From: an uncultured Coriobacteriaceae bacterium
GTDB taxonomy: Bacteria; Actinomycetota; Coriobacteriia; Coriobacteriales; UMGS124
Direction of reading: 5' to 3'
DNA: 64,000 nt
Assembly (NCBI GenBank): GCA_964619775.1
Contig: CAZUFB010000001.1
Location: 13,847-77,846, forward strand
Both the position numbers and the translations under genes were made by a program. Positions 16,958-26,811 of the stretch are shown in pieces (within the stretch, counting starts at the first letter, position 1; every line of letters starts with the position of its first letter). The notes under the pieces are model-generated. The model worked only from the letters and a program-made list of their open reading frames with translations. It was not told the origin of the DNA and ran no database searches.

Positions 16958-17908
16958 ATGGGGTTCGACGCCGCAATCGTGTCCGAAGTCGCGGCGCAGG
17001 CCTTTCTTGCGGCGGTGTTCGCGACGACGATGGTCCTGCTTGCGCGCGGGCGCTGGAAGACCCGCAAAGGGTACGTGCTTGCGGTGTGGCTGCTGCCGGT
17101 CAGCCAGATGGCCGCCGAGGCGCTGGTCGTCCACGTCGTGTTCGACTACGGCCTGGTGTGGTACGTCCTGGCCATCGTGCTGGCGGTCGCCGTGCTGTGC
17201 GCGGTGGGAGACGTGGCCCTGCTGCGCGGCCTGGACGTCGCCGTCGAGAAGAGCCGCGCCGAGGAGGAGGCCCGCCTGCTCGAGGAGCAGGTCGCCCTGC
17301 AGGAGTCGTACTACGAGGCGCTCGAGGCGGAGCGGGCCAAGGCGGGCCGCATGCGCGAGGCGTTCGCCGAGCACCTGCGCGACGTGCGGTCCTCCATCGA
17401 GCGCCGGGAGCGCGACGCGACGCTGGGGGCGGTGGACGAGGCGGCCGCCGTGCTTATTCCCGCTGTGCAGCGCTACTGTGGGCACCAGGTGGTCGACGCG
17501 CTGCTTGTGGGCAAGGAGGCCGCGTTCCGCGAGATGCATGCGTCCTTCTCCTGCACGGTGTCCATCCCCGACGACGGCGAGTTTTCCGACCTCGAGCTGT
17601 GCGCGGTCTTCTCGAACCTGCTGAACAACGCGGCCCACGCCTGCGCGGATCTGCCGGAAGGCTCCCGCTGGGTCGAGCTGAAGGCGCGTATGGCGCAGGG
17701 AAACCTCGTGGTGCGCTGCGAGAACGCCTGCGCTCCCGTCGCGGGGGAGGACCGCCCTGCTCGACCGGCCCGCGTGCGGACGCTCGACGACGAGCACGGC
17801 TGGGGACTCGAGATCCTGCGCCTGCTCGCGCGCGACCACGGCGGGAGCTTCACGGCGCAGCGCCGCGGCGACCGGTTCGTGGCCGAGATGGTGCTGCCCG
17901 CCTCGTGA
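16958..17908 (+). CDS. Membrane GHKL-ATPase histidine-kinase-like protein (HPK10/AgrC-type catalytic subunit)
   Basis: ATG 16958 lies 1 nt after the paralog-2 stop, with GAAGGAGG RBS. About 3 hydrophobic segments and a coiled coil (EEEARLLEEQVALQESYYEALEAERAK). DHp-like MREAFAEHLRDV, VVDALLVGK, N box FSNLLNNAAHA and G box DDEHGWGLEILRLLARDHGG. Confidence 0.75.
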   Translation: MGFDAAIVSEVAAQAFLAAVFATTMVLLARGRWKTRKGYVLAVWLLPVSQMAAEALVVHVVFDYGLVWYVLAIVLAVAVLCAVGDVALLRGLDVAVEKSRAEEEARLLEEQVALQESYYEALEAERAKAGRMREAFAEHLRDVRSSIERRERDATLGAVDEAAAVLIPAVQRYCGHQVVDALLVGKEAAFREMHASFSCTVSIPDDGEFSDLELCAVFSNLLNNAAHACADLPEGSRWVELKARMAQGNLVVRCENACAPVAGEDRPARPARVRTLDDEHGWGLEILRLLARDHGGSFTAQRRGDRFVAEMVLPAS

Positions 17909-18082
17909 CGGCGCTTCCCGTCCCGCCGATGCGGAGGTTTCGGCTGCCTTCGGTCTTCGGCGCACCTGCATAAACGCCGAAAACCGTCGACAGGCCGCGC
18001 GCCAACGGCTACACTGCTATGTTTGCACATTCCGCCGCGCGCCGCCGCGCGCCGCATCTCCCAGAAAGGCCGGAGACCCTTG

Positions 18083-19225
<1,143 letters not shown>

Positions 19226-19528
19226 CGGTGCCGGTCCTGTCCCCCGACGCGACGCACGGTCGGCGTCCTGTGCTCTTCTCCATCGTTTCTTGACATTTTG
19301 CCCGCATCCAACGAGTAAACTACGCCCAATTGTTCGCACCCGTCGCCTTGGATCGGGCGGCGTCGGGACGGTCTGCCGTCTCAGAAAGGCCTGTTCGCAA
19401 CCATGCTGCACCGCGCATCTGCCATAGCGCGCACCGTTTTCCCGGCTGTCGCCGGATGCCTTCATGTGTGTCGTTGCAGCTGCCAGGCCGTCTTTGCCGG
19501 CGCCTACGGTACCGGTGTCCACACCTAC

Positions 19529-19597
19529 GCGTATATCTGCGCCGTGCGGGGGCGATTTACGACGCTCTCGTTCGGCGACGCGCTGCCGGCCTCGTAA
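19529..19597 (+). pseudogene. Possible short relic of a queA 3' end
   Basis: The 54 nt at 19529-19582 align without gaps to queA 19157-19210 at 37/54 identity. The last 30 nt match 26/30, including an identical 15-mer TCGTTCGGCGACGCG. The encoded ...RFTTLSFGDAL compares with queA ...RFRMLSFGDAM, and a stop follows at 19595-19597. Confidence 0.3.
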
Positions 19598-19822
19598 AGC
19601 CCGTCCGCCGGACGGGCCGTGCGGGCCGCCCCTGCCCGGTTGGGCCGGCGTCCGCGGCACACCCACCGAACGAGAGCGAAGCCACCCGCCCGTCCGACGG
19701 CGCGTCAGCGTCGGGCGGGCTTCTCGCATCCGGGGACCGTCCGCCCCTCTCGCGTGCGACGGGCCCGCACAGCCACATATCCGACACCGCCTGCCTATAC
19801 GGCCGACCAGCAAGGAGCCCCT

Positions 19823-20827
19823 ATGATCGCGGTCATCAAACCCGGCACCACCGAAGCGCAGCTGTCCAACCTCATCGCATGGCTCGAAAGCAAGGACCTC
19901 GGCGTGAACCTCTCCGGCTCGCAGTCCACCGTCGTCGGCCTCATCGGCGACACCACCAGGATCGACGTGTCCCTGCTCGAGTCGATGGACATCGTGGAAA
20001 GCGTCACGCGCGTCTCCGAGCCGTTCAAGCTCGCCAACCGCAAGTTCCACCCCGAGGACACCGTGGTGCAGGTCGCCCCCGGCATCGCCCTCGGCGGCGG
20101 CAACTTCCAGGTCATCGCCGGCCCCTGCTCGGTCGAAGGCGACAACCTCGTCAAAATCGCCCGCGCGGTGAAGGCCGCCGGCGCCACGATGCTGCGCGGC
20201 GGCGCCTTCAAGCCGCGCACGAGCCCCTACGCCAACCAGGGCATGGGCAAGGCGGGCCTGGAGCAGCTGTGCGCCGCGCGCGAGGAGACCGGCATGCCCA
20301 TCGTCACCGAGATCATGGACGTGCGAGACGTCCAGCTCTTCGTGGACATGGACATCGACGTGCTGCAGGTCGGAGCGCGCAACACGCAGAACTTCAACCT
20401 GCTCAAGGAGGTCGGCATGGCGGGCAAGCCGGTGCTGCTCAAGCGCGGCCTCGCCGGCACGATCGACGAGCTGCTCATGAGCGCCGAGTACATCATGAGC
20501 GAGGGCAACCCCAACGTCATCCTGTGCGAGCGGGGCATCCGCACGTTCGAGAGGCGCACGCGCAACACGTTCGACCTCAATGCCGTTCCCGTGCTGCACT
20601 ACCTCACACACCTGCCTGTGGTGGCCGACCCGAGCCACTCCACCGGCTACACGCGCTACGTGGCGCCGATGTCGCTCGCGGCCACGGCGTGCGGGGCCGA
20701 CGGCCTTGAGATCGAGGTGCACGACAATCCGAGCTGCGCCTGGTCCGACGGTCAGCAGGCGCTGCTGCCCGAGCAGTTCGCCGAGCTGATGCCCAAGATC
20801 GCCGCAATCCGCGAGATCGTGCGCTAA
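19823..20827 (+). CDS. aroF: 3-deoxy-7-phosphoheptulonate (DAHP) synthase, type I-beta with N-terminal ferredoxin-like regulatory domain
   Basis: MIAVIKPGTTEAQLSNLIAWLE..., then GPCSVE, LRGGAFKPRTSPY, KRG and ADPSH motifs. AAGGAG RBS before ATG 19823. Confidence 0.85.
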   Translation: MIAVIKPGTTEAQLSNLIAWLESKDLGVNLSGSQSTVVGLIGDTTRIDVSLLESMDIVESVTRVSEPFKLANRKFHPEDTVVQVAPGIALGGGNFQVIAGPCSVEGDNLVKIARAVKAAGATMLRGGAFKPRTSPYANQGMGKAGLEQLCAAREETGMPIVTEIMDVRDVQLFVDMDIDVLQVGARNTQNFNLLKEVGMAGKPVLLKRGLAGTIDELLMSAEYIMSEGNPNVILCERGIRTFERRTRNTFDLNAVPVLHYLTHLPVVADPSHSTGYTRYVAPMSLAATACGADGLEIEVHDNPSCAWSDGQQALLPEQFAELMPKIAAIREIVR

Positions 20828-21732
20828 TGGGCGCGGTGCGGACCTGGCCTGCGGCCGCGCAGGGGACCGAGCGGACTGTGGGCGTCCTGGGCCTGGGCCT
20901 CATCGGGGGCTCGCTTGCCAAGGCCTACCGCGATGCGGGCTGGCGCGTGCTGGCCTTCGACCTAGACGAGGACACGATGGGCGCGGCGCGCGTCGAGACG
21001 ATAGCCGGCGCGCTCGACGCCTCGACCGTCCCGCAGTGCGACCTGGTCCTGCTTGCGGTGTATCCGGGCGCGTGCATCGACTGGCTGCGCGCCAACGCCG
21101 CCCTGGTGCGCCCCGACGCCCTCGTGGTGGACTGCTGCGGAGTGAAGCGCGAGGTGTGCGCGGCCTGCATGCCCATAGCCGCCGAGCACGGGTTCACCTT
21201 CGTTGGCGGCCACCCCATGGCGGGCACGCAGTACTCGGGCTTCAAGCACGCGCGGGCGAACCTCTTCCACGGTGCGCCGATGGTGATCGTGCCGCCGCGC
21301 ACCGACGACATGGCCCTGCTCGACGCCGTCGCCACGGCGCTCGAACCGGCGGGTTTCGGCAGCGTGCAGGTTTCCTCGGCAGAGGAGCACGACCGGCGCA
21401 TCGCGTTCACCTCGCAGCTCGCCCACGTCGTGAGCAGCGCCTACATCAAGAGCCCCACGGCCCAGGGCCACAGGGGCTTCTCGGCGGGCAGCTACCGCGA
21501 CATGACGCGCGTGGCCTGGCTCAACGAGGGCATGTGGACCGAGCTGTTCCTCGACGACGCGGACAACCTGCTGTTCGAGCTCGACCAGCTCATCGGGCAC
21601 CTGCAGGAATACCGCGACGCGCTGGCCGCGGGGGACGCCGGGCGCATGCGCGGCCTTCTGGCAGACGGGCGGTGCGCCAAGGAACAGGCCGAGCGGCGCG
21701 TCTCGGCAGAGGCACAGGGGAGGCTCCGATGA
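20827..21732 (+). CDS. tyrA: Prephenate dehydrogenase
   Basis: VGVLGLGLIGGSLAKA (Rossmann fold) and GGHPMAGT. ATG 20827 overlaps the aroF stop (TAATG). An in-frame GTG at 20878 is an alternative start. Confidence 0.8.
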   Translation: MGAVRTWPAAAQGTERTVGVLGLGLIGGSLAKAYRDAGWRVLAFDLDEDTMGAARVETIAGALDASTVPQCDLVLLAVYPGACIDWLRANAALVRPDALVVDCCGVKREVCAACMPIAAEHGFTFVGGHPMAGTQYSGFKHARANLFHGAPMVIVPPRTDDMALLDAVATALEPAGFGSVQVSSAEEHDRRIAFTSQLAHVVSSAYIKSPTAQGHRGFSAGSYRDMTRVAWLNEGMWTELFLDDADNLLFELDQLIGHLQEYRDALAAGDAGRMRGLLADGRCAKEQAERRVSAEAQGRLR

Positions 21733-24377
21733 GCGCGCGCGTCGAGGGGACCGTTCGGGTGAACGCGTCGCGCGTCTACGACGTCGTGGTGGGCCGCGGC
21801 CTGGTCGACGAGGTGGGCGCGCGCCTGCGCGGCGCGGTGCCGGGCTGCGACGGGGCCGTCCTGCTCGTGACGGACTCCAACGTCGGGCCGCTCTACGCCG
21901 ACCGCGTCGAGGCTTCGCTTGCCGCGGCGGGCTTCGCCGTGGGGCATGTTGCCGTGCGGGCGGGAGAGGCGTCGAAGAACCTCGACTCCTACCGGCTGCT
22001 CCTGGAGGTGGCCGCGTCGCACGGCCTCACGCGCGCAAGCGCCGTCGTTGCGCTGGGCGGCGGCGTGGTGGGCGACCTGGCGGGCTTCGCCGCCGCCACC
22101 TATATGCGCGGCTGCCACCTGGTGCAGGTCGCCACGTCGCTGCTCGCGATGGTCGACTCGAGCGTGGGCGGCAAGACCGCCGTCGACCTGACCCAGGGCA
22201 AGAACCTCGCGGGCGCCTTCCACCAACCCGACCTCGTGCTGTGCGACCTCGATTGCCTGGCCACGCTGCCCGCGGAGTACGCGGGAGACGGCATGGGGGA
22301 GGTCGCGAAGTACGCCGTGATGGCCGACCCCGAGCTGTTCGACTGGCTGCAAGGTCCTTTGGAGGGCCAGGAGGCGCGCGTCGTGGAGCGCTGCGTGGCG
22401 CTTAAGCGCGACGTGGTGGAGGCCGACGAGCGCGAGGGCGGCGCGCGCAAGCTGTTGAACCTGGGGCACACGGTGGGACACGCCATCGAGCTGCTGAGCG
22501 GCTACACGGTCCCGCACGGCCATGCCGTCGCCGCCGGCACGGCCATCGTGGCGCGCGCGTGCGCCGCGAGGGGCTGGTGCCCCGAGGGGGACGTGCGCCG
22601 CATCGAGGGGCTGCTGCGCTCGCTCGGCCTGCCGACCGCGTCGCGGCGCGGCGCGGCCGACCTTGCGGCGGCGGCCGTGCACGACAAAAAGCGCGCCGGG
22701 GACTGCATCGACGTGGTCGCGGTGCGCGGCGTCGGAAGGGCCGAGGTGCGCCGCATGTCCCTTGGCGAGTTTGCCGAGCTGGTCGCGCTGGGCTGTCCGG
22801 CCCCCGAGGGGGCGACGTATGCCGAGGACCTCGCACCGGCGGTCGCCGCCGGCGCGGCACCGGGGCCGGCGGGCTTCAGCGACGCGTTTGCGGCCGTGGA
22901 CGGCGGGGAACCGCTCGAGGCCGTGGTCCGTCCGGGCACGCTGGGCGGGTCGCTCGACGCCATCTCGTCCAAGTCTGCCGCGCACCGGCTGCTCGTCTGC
23001 GCCGCCCTTGCCGACGCCCCCACGCGCATCCGCTGCACCACGACTTCGCGCGACATCGAGGCGACCTGCGACTGCCTGCGAGCCCTCGGCGCGCGCGTCG
23101 GGCGCGTGGGCGACGAGCTGCTGGTTGAGCCGGCGGGCGTCGGCGCCGAGGAGGGTGCGGACGGCGAAAACCCCTTCGTGTCGGACGGTGTCCCGCAGCT
23201 CAGGTGCGGCGAGAGCGGCTCGACGCTGCGGTTCCTGCTGCCGGTGGCATGCGCACTCGGCGGCCCGGCGAGCTTTTCCGCCGCAGGGCGCCTGCCCCGG
23301 CGCCCGCTCGAGCCGCTGCGCACGCGCCTCGTGGAGCACGGCTGCCAGGTGAGCCCCCGGTTCATGCCCGACCTCCAGGTGTGGGGGAGGCTGCACGGGG
23401 GGGACTTCGACCTGCCGGGCGACGTGAGCTCGCAGTATGCGACGGGCCTGTTGCTGGCGCTGCCGCTCACCGGCGAGGGTGGCAGGGTCCGCCTGCACGG
23501 CTCCGTCGAGTCGCGTCCCTACATCGACATGACCCTCGCCGCCCTGCGCACCTTCGGCGTCGAGGTCGCCGAATCGTTCGAGCCCGACGGGGAAGGCGGG
23601 GAGTGCGCGGTCTTCGCCGTGGATCCGGACGCGCGCTACGCGAGCCCCGGCGCGGTCGCGGTGGAGGGCGACTGGTCCAACGCGGCGTTCTGGCTCGTCG
23701 CCGGGGCGCTGTCGGGCGAGCCGGTGACGGTGACTGGCCTCGGCCTCGCCTCCGACCAGGGCGACCTGGCGGTGCTCGACGTGCTCGGCGACATGGGGGC
23801 GCACGTTCGCGTGCACCCCGGCGAGGGGTGGGCGCTGGCCTGCGGGCGCGACCCAGCGACCGGGGAGCCCTGCCGGCTGCACGGCACGACGGTCGACGCG
23901 CGCGACGTGCCCGACCTCGTGCCGGTGCTCTGCGTGGCGGCCGCCTGCGCGCAGGGCGACACGCGCGTCGTGAACGCGGGTCGCCTGCGCCTCAAGGAGT
24001 CCGACCGCATCGCGACCACGGCGGAGCTGCTGCGCGGCCTGGGCGTCGGGGTGGAGGAGCTGCCCGACGGCCTCGTCGTGCACGGGCGGGGGGGCACCTG
24101 CGACCCCCTGGCCCCCTGTCTCGACGGCGGCCGTGTGTCCGCGCACGGCGACCACCGTATCGCGATGGCGGCGGCCGTCGCCGCGACGCGCGCGGCCGCC
24201 CCGGTCGAGATTGCCGGCGCCGAGGCCGTGGCGAAGTCCTACCCCGGGTTCTTCGCCGACTTCGTGCACCTCGGCGGCTCGGTGGGGCTTGCGCGTGTCG
24301 GCTTTGCGGACGGGACGCCCCCTCGCGCCGCGTCGCGCGGCCGCACGCCTTCTGACCGTATCGAAAGGGGGCGGTAG
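21729..24377 (+). CDS. aroB/aroA: Bifunctional 3-dehydroquinate synthase / EPSP synthase (AroB-AroA fusion)
   Basis: Single 882-aa frame. The AroB part has GGGVVGDLAGFAA, VDSSVGGKTAV and LNLGHTVGHAIE. An Ala/Pro-rich linker (about 22790-22910) follows. The AroA part has SSKSAAHRLLVCAALA, LRCGESGSTLRFL and KESDRI. ATG 21729 overlaps the tyrA stop (ATGA). The 5' part of the track ORF 21036-24377 is rejected. Confidence 0.85.
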   Translation: MSARVEGTVRVNASRVYDVVVGRGLVDEVGARLRGAVPGCDGAVLLVTDSNVGPLYADRVEASLAAAGFAVGHVAVRAGEASKNLDSYRLLLEVAASHGLTRASAVVALGGGVVGDLAGFAAATYMRGCHLVQVATSLLAMVDSSVGGKTAVDLTQGKNLAGAFHQPDLVLCDLDCLATLPAEYAGDGMGEVAKYAVMADPELFDWLQGPLEGQEARVVERCVALKRDVVEADEREGGARKLLNLGHTVGHAIELLSGYTVPHGHAVAAGTAIVARACAARGWCPEGDVRRIEGLLRSLGLPTASRRGAADLAAAAVHDKKRAGDCIDVVAVRGVGRAEVRRMSLGEFAELVALGCPAPEGATYAEDLAPAVAAGAAPGPAGFSDAFAAVDGGEPLEAVVRPGTLGGSLDAISSKSAAHRLLVCAALADAPTRIRCTTTSRDIEATCDCLRALGARVGRVGDELLVEPAGVGAEEGADGENPFVSDGVPQLRCGESGSTLRFLLPVACALGGPASFSAAGRLPRRPLEPLRTRLVEHGCQVSPRFMPDLQVWGRLHGGDFDLPGDVSSQYATGLLLALPLTGEGGRVRLHGSVESRPYIDMTLAALRTFGVEVAESFEPDGEGGECAVFAVDPDARYASPGAVAVEGDWSNAAFWLVAGALSGEPVTVTGLGLASDQGDLAVLDVLGDMGAHVRVHPGEGWALACGRDPATGEPCRLHGTTVDARDVPDLVPVLCVAAACAQGDTRVVNAGRLRLKESDRIATTAELLRGLGVGVEELPDGLVVHGRGGTCDPLAPCLDGGRVSAHGDHRIAMAAAVAATRAAAPVEIAGAEAVAKSYPGFFADFVHLGGSVGLARVGFADGTPPRAASRGRTPSDRIERGR

Positions 24378-24378
24378 C

Positions 24379-25560
24379 GTGTCCTCGTCTTTTGGCCACA
24401 GCGTCCGCGTGCAGGTGTTCGGCCAGTCGCACTCGGCTGCCGTCGGCGTCGTCGTCGACGGCCTGCCTGCCGGCGAGCCGGTCGACCTCGGTGGGCTTGC
24501 CGCGTTCATGGCACGCCGCGCCCCGGGCAAGACCCCTTGGTCGACCCCGCGCAAGGAGGCCGACGAGGTGGAGGTTCTTTCCGGCCTCAACCCCGACGGC
24601 CGCACGTGCGGCGCACCGCTCGCCCTGGTCGTCCACAACACGAACACGCGCTCGAAAGACTACTCCGAGCTGCGACGCAAGCCGCGCCCCGGCCATGCCG
24701 ACCTCACGGCGTGGGCGCGCTGGCACGGAGAGCAGGACGTGGCCGGCGGCGGGCACTTCTCAGGCCGCCTCACCGGACCCCTGTGCGCGGTCGGAGGCGT
24801 GTGTCTGCAGGTGCTCGCCCGCCGCGGCGTTCACGTGGGCGCCCACATCGCGAGCGTCGCCGGCGTCGAGGACGTCCCGTTCGATTCGCTGCGCGTCGCG
24901 CCGGCCGACCTGGCGGAGCCGGCCTCCAAGCCGTTTCCCGTGCTCGACGACGAGGCCGGCCGCGCGATGCAGGCGGCCATCGCCGGGGCGCGCGCGGCGG
25001 GCGACTCGGTCGGCGGCGTCGTCGAGTGCGCCGCCGTCGGCCTGCCCGCGGGCGTGGGCGCCCCCATGTTCGACGGGCTCGAGAACCGCATCGCGCAGGC
25101 CGTCTTCGGTGTCCCCGCGGTCAAGGGGGTCGAGTTCGGGGCCGGCTTCGCCGCGGCGGGGCTCTACGGCAGCCAGAACAACGACCCCTACCGCGTCGGC
25201 GGCGACGGCCGGGTGCGCGCCTGCTCGAACAACGCCGGCGGCATCCTCGGCGGCGTCTCGACCGGCATGCCGGTCGTCTTCCGCGCCGCGTTCAAGCCCA
25301 CGCCCTCCATCGGCCTGCCCCAGCGCACCGTGGACCTGGGGGAGGGTGCCGACGCCGACCTCTCGGTCGTCGGGCGCCACGACCCCTGCATCGTGCCGCG
25401 CGCGGTGCCGGTCGTGGAAGCCGCCTGCGCCCTGGCGCTCGCCGACGCCTTGGCCGACGACGGCCTGCTCGGGCCGGTCAGCGACCTGGGCCGCGACCCC
25501 GCCGAGCTCGACCGGCTGCGCCGCCTGTTCGGCGACCGCGCGGCCTGGGGTGCCCCCTGA
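24379..25560 (+). CDS. aroC: Chorismate synthase
   Basis: GTG 24379 lies 1 nt after the aroB/aroA stop, with GAAAGGGGG RBS. SFGHSVRVQVFGQSHS, RPGHAD, GGHFSGR and GGILGG. Confidence 0.85.
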   Translation: MSSSFGHSVRVQVFGQSHSAAVGVVVDGLPAGEPVDLGGLAAFMARRAPGKTPWSTPRKEADEVEVLSGLNPDGRTCGAPLALVVHNTNTRSKDYSELRRKPRPGHADLTAWARWHGEQDVAGGGHFSGRLTGPLCAVGGVCLQVLARRGVHVGAHIASVAGVEDVPFDSLRVAPADLAEPASKPFPVLDDEAGRAMQAAIAGARAAGDSVGGVVECAAVGLPAGVGAPMFDGLENRIAQAVFGVPAVKGVEFGAGFAAAGLYGSQNNDPYRVGGDGRVRACSNNAGGILGGVSTGMPVVFRAAFKPTPSIGLPQRTVDLGEGADADLSVVGRHDPCIVPRAVPVVEAACALALADALADDGLLGPVSDLGRDPAELDRLRRLFGDRAAWGAP

Positions 25561-25608
25561 CCCTTTTCCTTCCGACCCTCCCGACATCGCCTCCTGAAAG
25601 GACCTGCC

Positions 25609-26775
25609 ATGGAACAGACCGCCGAAACCACACCCGACCTGCTTGTCCTGCGCGACGAGATGGACGACGTCAACGTCCGGATGCTCGAGCTCTTCGAGCG
25701 CCGCATGGACCTGGCGGCGCGCATCGCCGAGGCCAAGCGCGCCACCGGCAAGGCCGTGAACGACCCCGCCCGCGAGCGCGCCATCCTGGCCGAGGTTCGC
25801 GAGAAGGCCGGCGAGGGCATGGGCAGCTACGCCACGGTGCTCTTCTCGCTGCTCATGGAGATGAGCCGCGGATACCAGGAGCGCCTGCTGCACCCCACGA
25901 CCCCGCTGCGCGAGCAAATCGAGGCCGCCCTGTGCGACACCCCCCGGCTCTTCCCGCCGGCGGCCTCGGTCGCTTGCCAGGGCGTCGAGGGGGCCTACTC
26001 GCAGATTGCCTGCGGCAAGATGTTCAAGCACCCCACGGTGAGCTTCTTCAAGAACTTCGAGGGCGTCTTCCAGGCCGTTGAGGCCGGCTTCTGCGACTTC
26101 GGCGTCGTGCCGCTCGAGAACTCCTCGGCCGGCACCGTCAGCGCGGTGTACGACCTCATGATGAAGCACGACTTCCATATCGTGCGCACCTGCCGCCTCA
26201 AGGTCGACCACGACCTGCTCGCCCTGCCCGGCGCCACCCTCGACGGCGTCAGGGAGGTCTTCTCCCACGAGCAGGCCATCGCCCAGTGCGCCGGCTTCCT
26301 CGAGGGCCGCAAGGGCGTCAAGGTCACGGCGGTCGCCAATACCGCCGAGGCCGCGCGCCTCGTGGCCGCCTCGGGCCGCACGGACGTCGCCGCGCTCAGC
26401 AGCCGCTCCTGCGCCGAGATCTACGGGCTGGCGACCCTGGCGCGCTCGGTGAACGACACGGGCAACAACTACACGCGCTTCGCATGCATCGCCAAGGGCC
26501 TGAAGATCTTCCCCGGCGCCGACCGCACCTCGCTCATGATGGTGCTGCCCCACCAGCCCGGCTCGCTCTACAAGGCTCTTGCGCGCCTGTACTCGCTCGA
26601 CATCAACATCACCAAGCTCGAGAGCCGCCCCATCCCCGAGCGCGACTTCGAGTTCATGTTCTACTTCGACCTCGACACGCCGGTGTACGCGCCCGAGTTC
26701 GCGGCGCTGCTGTGCGAGCTCGACGACATCTGCGAGGAGTTCACCTATCTGGGGAGCTATTCCGAGATCGCGTAG
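25609..26775 (+). CDS. pheA: Bifunctional chorismate mutase / prephenate dehydratase (P-protein)
   Basis: N-terminal CM (LRDEMDDVNVRMLELFERRMDLAARIAEAK). PDT core (VACQGVEGAYSQ, PLENSSAGTV, TRF) and C-terminal ACT (ESRPIPERDFEFMFYFD). Confidence 0.85.
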   Translation: MEQTAETTPDLLVLRDEMDDVNVRMLELFERRMDLAARIAEAKRATGKAVNDPARERAILAEVREKAGEGMGSYATVLFSLLMEMSRGYQERLLHPTTPLREQIEAALCDTPRLFPPAASVACQGVEGAYSQIACGKMFKHPTVSFFKNFEGVFQAVEAGFCDFGVVPLENSSAGTVSAVYDLMMKHDFHIVRTCRLKVDHDLLALPGATLDGVREVFSHEQAIAQCAGFLEGRKGVKVTAVANTAEAARLVAASGRTDVAALSSRSCAEIYGLATLARSVNDTGNNYTRFACIAKGLKIFPGADRTSLMMVLPHQPGSLYKALARLYSLDINITKLESRPIPERDFEFMFYFDLDTPVYAPEFAALLCELDDICEEFTYLGSYSEIA

Positions 26776-26811
26776 CGGGGACGTCTGTCCGGCGACGGCG
26801 AGGAGGCGGGT

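Noticed and set aside
17929-17973. 14-codon ORF (MRRFRLPSVFGAPA) right after the kinase gene, considered as an AgrD-like autoinducing peptide precursor.
   Set aside because: It has no RBS, no AgrB-like processing gene and no amphipathic leader or Cys/Ser thiolactone motif. It is the tail of a shadow ORF.
19226-19822. T-box riboswitch or aromatic-amino-acid leader peptide upstream of aroF.
   Set aside because: I could not find the conserved T-box 14-mer (AGGGUGGNACCGCG-like); only GGTACCGG is present. The small ORFs in the leader have no tandem Phe/Tyr/Trp codons. An Rfam scan would be needed to exclude other RNA classes.
21036-21728. 5' 231 codons of ORF 21036-24377, as part of the AroB-AroA protein.
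   Set aside because: This part overlaps tyrA in another frame and has no AroB similarity. AroB homology starts at MSARVEG (ATG 21729), which is translationally coupled to the tyrA stop.
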